Source: a virus
DNA length: 64,000 bases
Virus record (IMG/VR): IMGVR_UViG_3300042945_003044
Strand: one strand, 5' to 3'
The notes below the pieces were generated by a model. The model made no database searches. It was not told where the DNA came from and saw nothing but the letters and a program-made list of their open reading frames with translations. Positions 7,742 to 14,699 of this stretch are shown piece by piece (within the stretch, counting starts at the first letter, position 1; every line of letters begins with the position of its first letter). Made by a program: the position numbers and the translations under genes.

Positions 7742-8029
7742 TCAAGCACTATTTCTACGCATATCATTATCCTGACCAAGAGCGGAGAAGTTGACCATAT
7801 CGGTACTTGAAGAAAGATTTTCGATCTGCTCCAGAACCTCAGCAACACCAGAAAAGTCTAGCCAGCCGATAACATTATTCGTGACAGGAGTGGTATAGTC
7901 GAGATCGCCATCTTTACCAATAACAGCAACCTCGAAAAGCCCATTCTTTCCACCATATGACCCAAGATGAGAAACCACACTAGCCCCATAACCATTATCA
8001 AACTTATAGATTTTTTGATAGTTAGACAT
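7742..8029 (-). CDS. hypothetical phage protein (FxNGYGASV...GLFEVAV motif)
   Basis: Motif typical of phage early proteins. Confidence 0.75.
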   Translation of the reverse strand: MSNYQKIYKFDNGYGASVVSHLGSYGGKNGLFEVAVIGKDGDLDYTTPVTNNVIGWLDFSGVAEVLEQIENLSSSTDMVNFSALGQDNDMRRNSA

Positions 8030-8162
8030 TTTTCTTTTCCTTCATTTCCTTATAAAGTTTTTCCAGAAACTTGACTTGAGCCAAAGCACGGCATGTTTCC
8101 TGCTTCATTCTGGCTTCTGTTTTCTGAAATCCGCTTACTGGCTTCTTCTTCGTTTTCATCAT
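8022..8162 (-). CDS. small basic protein (start revised to MMKTKKK)
   Basis: AGGAG SD; the TTG of the longer call is the -35 box. Confidence 0.6.
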   Translation of the reverse strand: MMKTKKKPVSGFQKTEARMKQETCRALAQVKFLEKLYKEMKEKKNV

Positions 8163-8239
8163 CTTTCTCCTACACTCGATTGTATAGTATAGATCGGCAA
8201 GAGTCAAGCATAATCTTTAGAGGATTTTTATTTTGTTCG

Positions 8240-8317
8240 TAAAGTATTGCCGCATAAGGAGTTACGTCGAGCGGGGCGGCGCCGGCTCGCTCTAAGTCTT
8301 TTAGCAGTAAGGGTTTA
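8240..8317. repeat. 78-bp double-palindrome element copy 8
   Basis: TAAAGTATT-gccgcat-AAGGAGTTA ... TAAGTCTTT-tagcagt-AAGGGTTTA. Confidence 0.95.
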
Positions 8318-8346
8318 GGTTCAGTTTTTTGTTCAGTGGTGAACGA

Positions 8347-8688
8347 TTATTCATCGCTCCCCTTGAACGCAAACGGTGAAACTTCCTCATCACAAGCCAG
8401 AATCGCACCATATTGGTGAGCAAGAGCCTCAACCCGTTCCTTTGAACCCGGCTTTCCAGCCTTTACGATCATGGTATCCTCACCACCCACAAATCGCGGA
8501 TCGGACTTCTCTTTCTTCACTTTGCCAAGGTTGCGAAGTGCCTTGCGGTTGAACTTCAAAACCTTTTCACTCTTGATCGGCCCATACTCACCATCCGCAA
8601 GAGAGGGTTGGTGGGGAATCGCAATCCCGAGAAAGCACATACGAGCCTGTTTCTTAGCGTTTTCGATAATCTCAAATTTCTGTTTCAT
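8347..8688 (-). CDS. hypothetical protein (start revised to MKQKF)
   Basis: GAAAGGG SD; promoter at ~8712-8741. Confidence 0.7.
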   Translation of the reverse strand: MKQKFEIIENAKKQARMCFLGIAIPHQPSLADGEYGPIKSEKVLKFNRKALRNLGKVKKEKSDPRFVGGEDTMIVKAGKPGSKERVEALAHQYGAILACDEEVSPFAFKGSDE

Positions 8689-8744
8689 GTTTTCCCTTTC
8701 GTGTTGGTCTGATTCTAGCAAAACTCTTTGGTGAGTGTCAAGCC

Positions 8745-8933
8745 CTACTTTGAATAATTGTAGGCATCCAAACCCAACTTGCGACGAATCACGCGAATCG
8801 TTTCCAGATCCTCAATGAGCATCTTGGTCAGATTCTCACTTACTCCGCTTTCCACCAGAGAAGCCATATTTTGCTCACTGGTTTTCAGCAGAGCAGCCAC
8901 AACGATTTCTTCACTCACAGTCAACTTTTCCAT
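8745..8933 (-). CDS. hypothetical protein
   Basis: Own TTGACG-N17-TAGAAT promoter. Confidence 0.65.
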   Translation of the reverse strand: MEKLTVSEEIVVAALLKTSEQNMASLVESGVSENLTKMLIEDLETIRVIRRKLGLDAYNYSK

Positions 8934-9009
8934 CTTTCACTCTCTCTTTCTGTACCAACTATTCTACCAAACTTTTCCCGCCTCGTCAACCCCTATTTCG
9001 GGGGAAGCC

Positions 9010-9219
9010 TTAGATTTTCCAGTGTGAAAACTTCAGCGTGAACACCTGATTAGGATACTTGCTAGCGATATACGCTTGTGCAGTTTCCTTCCGATTGTCG
9101 GAAGCCGAAACACCCTGAACAACCGTACCGTTGATAATCACACTCCACACACGACGCTTACGAATCTTCGGGAGGCTAGCAATCAAACCGTTCACACTCA
9201 TAACCTTTTCCATCATCAA
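9010..9219 (-). CDS. small basic hypothetical protein
   Basis: Own TTGACT-N17-TATAAT promoter. Confidence 0.65.
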   Translation of the reverse strand: MMMEKVMSVNGLIASLPKIRKRRVWSVIINGTVVQGVSASDNRKETAQAYIASKYPNQVFTLKFSHWKI

Positions 9220-9304
9220 CTCTCTCTTTCTTTCTTATGCTGAATTATACCTTAATTATCGTCAAAAGTCAAATGGAATCTTTAGAAAATTCTCGGATTT
9301 TCCC

Positions 9305-9466
9305 TAAGTCCTTATTTGGCCTAGAGTTGCGCCGACCCGCTTCGTTTAGGTAGCACAGTGGACAGATGGTATCGTGAGAAATCGCTCGTAAAGCGTTGCT
9401 ATCAAACAACTTACGGCAAATTTTGCGGCGCCGGCTCGCCCTAAGTCTTTATGTGTCAACCACTTA
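9305..9466. repeat. 78-bp element copy 9 (9389-9466) plus an extra degenerate single palindrome (9305-9329)
   Basis: TAAAGCGTT-gctatca-AACAACTTA ... TAAGTCTTT-atgtgtc-AACCACTTA; extra TAAGTCCTT-atttggc-CTAGAGTTG starts 84 bp earlier. Confidence 0.9.
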
Positions 9467-9668
9467 GGTTAAGAGTTAATCACCCAAGCAACCACACAAC
9501 CGAAAGCAAAGGATACAGAAAGCACTACCTTATCGTAAAGATTCATTATTTCTTCCTTACTGGAAAAACAAGATCACAAACAAACCAAGAACAACCAATA
9601 CCAACAACAAATCCCACACCCATCCACATCCAATCTATATTTAGATCGACCATCCCTGATTCCTTTCT

Positions 9669-9890
9669 TTAATCCTTTTTATATCCTACGAGCCACCTAG
9701 TACCATCCTCATCCGTACGAATAAATCCATCGGATTCAAACCCTGCGTCACTCAATTCCTTTTCGGCCATTCGCTTCACTATAGTATCACCTACAGCCAG
9801 GACAGCACAAACCACGCCCATGATAACTATACCAACCATAAACAGGAAAATCATCGTGATTAGTTCAGGACTCATTTGGTAAGATTCCAA
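9669..9890 (-). CDS. small membrane protein
   Basis: Single hydrophobic TM segment. Confidence 0.65.
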   Translation of the reverse strand: MESYQMSPELITMIFLFMVGIVIMGVVCAVLAVGDTIVKRMAEKELSDAGFESDGFIRTDEDGTRWLVGYKKD

Positions 9891-10063
9891 GTATAGACGT
9901 TATCGTTCACCTTTACGCATCTTACATCAGAGATCGGCAAATGTCCAGTACGAACATTAGAGCAATCTGGAAAGAACTCTCGCACAATCTTATATGCTTC
10001 AAGCGTATTCTTAGCACGAACGAAACCAACAGCCGAACCATTCTGATAAACTTCCAAAGTCAT
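9872..10063 (-). CDS. small hypothetical protein (MTLEVYQNG...)
   Basis: GAGG SD; promoter at ~10094-10122. Confidence 0.65.
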   Translation of the reverse strand: MTLEVYQNGSAVGFVRAKNTLEAYKIVREFFPDCSNVRTGHLPISDVRCVKVNDNVYTWNLTK

Positions 10064-10164
10064 CTTCTTTTCCTCTTTCTTTCTCATACCATTATTCTAC
10101 ACTACTAATATCGGCTTGTCAAGCCTAGCCACATGAATTTTTTCAGATTTTTTATTTTGCGTTG

Positions 10165-10242
10165 TAAGTCTATATGTAGCATATACTTACGTCGAATTTC
10201 GCGGCGCCGGCTCGCCCTAAGTGCTTACGCAGCAACTACTTA
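10165..10242. repeat. 78-bp double-palindrome element copy 10
   Basis: TAAGTCTAT-atgtagc-ATATACTTA ... TAAGTGCTT-acgcagc-AACTACTTA. Confidence 0.95.
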
Positions 10243-10678
10243 CGTTTACTATTCATATCCTTAAGAATAGCAACAATCATAGCCAATTCGTTACTCGTCT
10301 GATTCGGATTCATCATATTCCCTTTCATCTTCTTCGAGCCAATCAGCATAATCATACAGTGGGTCAGGGCAACTCATCTCTTTTCTCCTTTACTTCTTAT
10401 ATCGGTATTATACAGGAAAATCTTTAGGGGTCAATACTGAACATTTGTTTTTTCTAGAATAGAATCTAAATGAATTTCCCCATTCTCTACAACCCACCCA
10501 TATTCCTTAGTAGGTGTATACGTCCCAAGATAATATTTCCCATCACTATATCCCTCGTATCCAACCCCAAATCCCATGAACGTGATAGCCAAAATCATAT
10601 CGTACATTATAGCCTCTCTTTCTTATACATACAATATCGGCTAATCCCCATACATACTTTAGAGATATTTATTGGTCA

Positions 10679-10756
10679 TAAACCCTTACTGCATAAGTAC
10701 TTAGGACAAATTTTGCGGCGCCGGCTCGCCGTAAGTCCTTTATTCACAACACCTTA
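10679..10756. repeat. 78-bp double-palindrome element copy 11
   Basis: TAAACCCTT-actgcat-AAGTACTTA ... TAAGTCCTT-tattcac-AACACCTTA; the terminal TTA is the stop codon of 10754-10951. Confidence 0.95.
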
Positions 10757-10951
10757 CGATGCGTGAACAAACACTTCCTTAGAGGGTTGGCCTACTGAAC
10801 AAATGGTCACAAGCCAATTCTTCCCACTACCATCTTCAGGCCGAATACCATTCACAAGCCCCTTAACAGGCTTACAGTCGTGATTCACAAGAATAATCTC
10901 ACGACGAGTACGCATAGATTCCACAATCCAATTCAAAGAATAGACGCTCAT
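10754..10951 (-). CDS. small hypothetical protein
   Basis: 65 aa, AGGG SD. Confidence 0.65.
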   Translation of the reverse strand: MSVYSLNWIVESMRTRREIILVNHDCKPVKGLVNGIRPEDGSGKNWLVTICSVGQPSKEVFVHAS

Positions 10952-11001
10952 TTGTTTCCCTAAGTTATCTTATGCCTAATCGATCAATACTATACAAACG
11001 T

Positions 11002-11151
11002 TTAGAGGATCGTACCATCACCACGAATACGATACATGATACCACCGATACTATACAGGCTAATACCCTCGCCCATATGCTGAACAAACGTAGCCGAGTA
11101 ACCGTGTCGAGCAACCAACCTGCGAATCGTATTTTGCACTTGGATTGTCAT
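11002..11151 (-). CDS. 49-aa micro-protein (not in ORF track)
   Basis: MTIQVQNTIRRLVARHGYSATF...; AAGGA SD; TTGACA-N18-TATAAT promoter. Confidence 0.6.
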   Translation of the reverse strand: MTIQVQNTIRRLVARHGYSATFVQHMGEGISLYSIGGIMYRIRGDGTIL

Positions 11152-11210
11152 TTGTTTTCCTTTTCTCTTGTGTTCCTATTATACAGTATCGGTTATGTGT
11201 TTGTCAAGCG

Positions 11211-11357
11211 TTAGTTTTTCATACTCTCAAAAAACTTCTTTACGCTTTCATCATTCATTCTCATATCCTTATTCACAATCGGCATAGCATATGCCTTTTC
11301 ACGAATCTCAAGATTCTTGATTCTCTTACTTGCATTCTTCATAGTCTTATTCATCAT
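11211..11357 (-). CDS. 48-aa basic micro-protein (not in ORF track)
   Basis: MMNKTMKNASKRIKNLEIREKAY...; first gene after element copy 12 and its promoter. Confidence 0.55.
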   Translation of the reverse strand: MMNKTMKNASKRIKNLEIREKAYAMPIVNKDMRMNDESVKKFFESMKN

Positions 11358-11453
11358 CTTCTTTCTCTCTTTCTTTCTTACTTCTTATATCGACATTATA
11401 CCAAAGATTCTTTAAAAGTCAATACTATACAGATGTTTTTTAAAAAATAGACA

Positions 11454-11531
11454 TAAGTTGTTGTCAGATAAGCACTTAGGATCAGTTTTGCGTAGGTAAT
11501 TATGCGTAAGTTGTTGTTCTATATACACTTA
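11454..11531. repeat. 78-bp element copy 12 (array-leading copy, AT-richer linker)
   Basis: TAAGTTGTT-gtcagat-AAGCACTTA ... TAAGTTGTT-gttctat-ATACACTTA; 53-bp period retained. Confidence 0.9.
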
Positions 11532-11646
11532 GGGGGTTTTTTCGTTTTAATCAACCCATTTTCCCCACAGGCAAAAATCCTGGGGTGGTATATACTAAAT
11601 AAGGACCACATAGATCATAATGTAGTACCTAAACTATTAGGATAGC

Positions 11647-12891
11647 CTATAACACCCTTCTGATTCTCTTGTATCCTATAAGCTTAAGCTCTCCCGTTTC
11701 CTTATTTTCTGCTACGACTTTAACCTCATTCCATCCCCTAACAAACATCCTGCGATTTAATCCAACATCAAACCCATGGTATCTGTCGCCCCATTGAACC
11801 AAATTAGCTCTATATCTATTAGCGTCAGTAACCACTACCTCTCTACCATTGATCAGAATCTTGACCCTAACTCTATCATGGATATTTTGAGAATCCAGGC
11901 TCCATCCTCTTACCCTATTAATATTCATTATATCCACAGCGCCCGCTACTCTCTCATTCCAGCTTTTAACCACAATAGGCATTGACGGAGCCACTACTTT
12001 AAAAGAACTTTCCCCCAAGGCCCCCTTAACATTTAAAGATCCGCCCGTTAACACCTTATCTCTTAGACCTTCACTAAAACTCACACTAGAGAATATTTTT
12101 GACCTAATTTCCCCAATACTCATAGACCCATACTTCCTGCATAATGCCGATATGGTTCCGGTTACTTGAGGAGCAGCCATACTAGTTCCACTCAGACTAC
12201 CATATCTATTACCGGGTAGTGTTGAATATACGGCCGTTCCCCTAGCTGCCAAATCCACACTATTTTTTCCATAATTAGAAAACCCCGCTAGAGTCATATT
12301 ATCTGACCCACAAGCTGCCACAGCTATAACATTATCAATATTGTAAGAGCTAGGATATCTAGGTACAGAGTCATTATCCGACCCACTATTTCCTGCAGCA
12401 CTTACAAAAATTATATTTGCCTCATTAGCCCTAGATATGGCCCCCTCTAAAGCACTAGAATATCCAGTGGTCCCACCCCAACTATTATTAATAGCAACCA
12501 CATCCACCCCAAAATTCTTTTTCATCATCACAATATAATCTATAGACCTTATAGCATCGCCCGTAAAACCAAATCCACTATCATCCTGAAATTTTAAAAC
12601 CATTATGGAGACCGCCCCATAACTAGCCACTATTCCACCCACATGAGTACCATGACCGTACCCATCCTGCACCACATTATTATTTCCGCTAAAATTCCAC
12701 CCATAGATATCGTCAACATATCCATTACTATCATCATCAATATTATTGGCCACTATCTCCCCAGGATTTTTCCACAAACTATTTTTTAAAGCTTCATGAT
12801 TAATATCTATTCCACTATCTATAATAGCAACTATTGGAGCTAAAAGAGACCTATTTTCCAGACTTTCTATCCCTAGAGCGCTCTTTTTCAT
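11647..12891 (-). CDS. S8 (subtilisin-family) serine protease with Planctomycete-type LExRxLLA leader
   Basis: Catalytic motifs IIDSG, HGTHVGG, GTSMA; N-terminus LGIESLENRSLLA. Confidence 0.9.
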   Translation of the reverse strand: MKKSALGIESLENRSLLAPIVAIIDSGIDINHEALKNSLWKNPGEIVANNIDDDSNGYVDDIYGWNFSGNNNVVQDGYGHGTHVGGIVASYGAVSIMVLKFQDDSGFGFTGDAIRSIDYIVMMKKNFGVDVVAINNSWGGTTGYSSALEGAISRANEANIIFVSAAGNSGSDNDSVPRYPSSYNIDNVIAVAACGSDNMTLAGFSNYGKNSVDLAARGTAVYSTLPGNRYGSLSGTSMAAPQVTGTISALCRKYGSMSIGEIRSKIFSSVSFSEGLRDKVLTGGSLNVKGALGESSFKVVAPSMPIVVKSWNERVAGAVDIMNINRVRGWSLDSQNIHDRVRVKILINGREVVVTDANRYRANLVQWGDRYHGFDVGLNRRMFVRGWNEVKVVAENKETGELKLIGYKRIRRVL

Positions 12892-13041
12892 AATCGAGTC
12901 CTTTCGTTTTTTTGTGACAATTTTTTGCCAAAGCTCAGCCTACCACAAGAAAAATTGAAGTCAACCGGATTGCTACTACGGGGTGTATATTACTATATTA
13001 CTAATATTAATAACTTTTTTTAGTAGGACAATTTATTATTT

Positions 13042-13569
13042 ATGCCGTGCGAACAATTTTTCGTTAATAATCCCCCGTTAAACCCTGTTAGTGGACCATA
13101 CAACAGTCTAGAGGAGTGCGAGCAGGGGTGTAATAGTATTGAGTGTAGCGAAATAAAAAATTATAACGCTTCTATTGGAGGGCTTCAAATAAACACAACT
13201 TGGCCCTATCCTCCGTGCGTAGGACATACTAATTGTTATTCAACTCTTGGTGGATATAGAGCAGCTATTTTGAATATTTGTAATGGCTGGAATGTGCAAT
13301 TGGCTCATGGTAATACGCATTTTTGTAATGCAAATGGAATGTTTGGAGCCGTGGGAGTTTTAGTTTGGTCTGGTGCGTACAATAGTAGTAGTAGTATTAT
13401 TAGATACAGAAAGAATTGGGTCTGGCAAAACATAGCTCCGAAAACAGGATCAATATCCATAAATGAAGTAATCGAAAATACAATTATAGGTAGTCCTTTA
13501 GATGCTCAATGCGAATCTGCTATTGCTCCTTATATATCCGATAAACCGACAGTAGAAGTTATTACATAA
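13042..13569 (+). CDS. Cys-rich constant-head family member 1
   Basis: N-terminus MPCEQFFVNNPPLNPVSGPYNSLEECEQGC. Confidence 0.8.
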   Translation: MPCEQFFVNNPPLNPVSGPYNSLEECEQGCNSIECSEIKNYNASIGGLQINTTWPYPPCVGHTNCYSTLGGYRAAILNICNGWNVQLAHGNTHFCNANGMFGAVGVLVWSGAYNSSSSIIRYRKNWVWQNIAPKTGSISINEVIENTIIGSPLDAQCESAIAPYISDKPTVEVIT

Positions 13570-13611
13570 AAATAGAATTACTATCTTTTAAAATAGTAAA
13601 AAAATCTAAAT

Positions 13612-14058
13612 ATGCCGTGTCAACAATTTTCACTCAATAATCCTCCGTTAAACGCTATAAGCGGACCATACAACAGTCTAGAGGAGTGTAATCAGGGGTG
13701 CTCCGGATGTCCATCGGGTCAAGAATGCAAGGCGTTTGTTGACGGCCAAGTTGCTTGCGTTAAGATAAATGGAGAGTGGCAGAGATACCAAACCCTCTCA
13801 CCCCAGCCGCTACCTTGCGGTTGTCCCAACGGATTTGCCGAAGAGCTATTAGAGGAGACGGGGCCTCCGCCGTGGGATGACTCAGGAACAATACAAGCCT
13901 ACAAACTCATTCGATGCACCGGCGAGGCATCCGCCGATTATGCTACTTGCTGCGTCCCAGGTTCTAATCTAGGCGATTGTGCCGCATACCAACAGCTATT
14001 AGTAGCGGCTACAAATAGTCTCGACCACCCTGTGAACGGCGGAGCAATTTGTGTCTAG
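13612..14058 (+). CDS. Cys-rich constant-head family member 2
   Basis: N-terminus MPCQQFSLNNPPLNAISGPYNSLEECNQGC. Confidence 0.8.
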   Translation: MPCQQFSLNNPPLNAISGPYNSLEECNQGCSGCPSGQECKAFVDGQVACVKINGEWQRYQTLSPQPLPCGCPNGFAEELLEETGPPPWDDSGTIQAYKLIRCTGEASADYATCCVPGSNLGDCAAYQQLLVAATNSLDHPVNGGAICV

Positions 14059-14193
14059 CTCGAACCCAACACCACGATCTTTTGTTTGAGTATATAAAAA
14101 TTAAGACTTGAACGAATCTCGTTTCGTGTATTACAATATGTTATTGGCGTAGCCCCGACAACTCAATCATGTTTTTTAGGTAAATTAAATCTT

Positions 14194-14697
14194 ATGAGCA
14201 TTTTCAATATTTTTAATAATTCAAACAAACCATCTAATAAAGCTAATGTTAAATATCAAGAACAAATCATATCTAATGATAAATCGGCTAAAACCAATAA
14301 AAACACTAAAGCTACTCATAATTCATTAGATTTTTTGAATTTTATATCATTAAGTATAGGCAATACTGAAAATCAGATATATAATCCAATTTTTGCGAAT
14401 GGGTCTGTTCCTGATGCGGGAAACGCGTATAACTTATCATCTTTTATAAATAGGCACATCAATAATGCTGTTACTAATGCTACCAATACCATTTTTACAA
14501 ATTCTAATGTGTCTTTAGACCCAAATCAAATATCTAATTATATGACAGAATTTGACCAAAGAATCAACGCTATAATAGAAGATGAGATGGAACATATGAC
14601 AAATTCAAAGATGGTAATGTTATTATATGAAAATCTATATGATCCAGATAAAGAATTACTAAATATTATAGGTCCCGCTAATTATTATGGTGAGTAA
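14194..14697 (+). CDS. Asn-rich hypothetical protein
   Basis: 167-aa ORF. Confidence 0.7.
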   Translation: MSIFNIFNNSNKPSNKANVKYQEQIISNDKSAKTNKNTKATHNSLDFLNFISLSIGNTENQIYNPIFANGSVPDAGNAYNLSSFINRHINNAVTNATNTIFTNSNVSLDPNQISNYMTEFDQRINAIIEDEMEHMTNSKMVMLLYENLYDPDKELLNIIGPANYYGE

Positions 14698-14699
14698 TT

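Larger units (their letters stand above)
194..11422 (-). promoter_or_regulatory. about 20 dispersed early promoters, TTGAC(A/T)-N16-18-TAnnnT, many interleaved with TAAAG...nnCGAT boxes
   Basis: Examples at ~1225-1263, 1813-1852, 3563-3603, 3893-3932, 5013-5055, 5911-5950, 7222-7250, 8178-8219, 9243-9284, 10094-10122, 11388-11422. Confidence 0.85.

Noticed and set aside
353-11531. 78-bp elements as a CRISPR array
   Set aside because: The copies are degenerate and separated by 0.4-1.9 kb of genes rather than 30-40-bp spacers, and no cas genes are present.
353-11531. 78-bp elements as canonical attC, dif/pdif sites or intrinsic terminators
   Set aside because: They lack consistent RYYYAAC/GTTRRRY ends and the two 7-bp cores are not complementary. 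The core is 7 bp rather than the 6 bp of dif, and no consistent U-tract follows the element on the coding strand.
911-11985. Plus-strand ORFs in the early region (e.g. 2465-3022, 3366-3692, 5143-5598, 6080-6505)
   Set aside because: They are antisense shadows of minus-strand genes or run across promoters and elements; promoters and SD sites here point to the minus strand.
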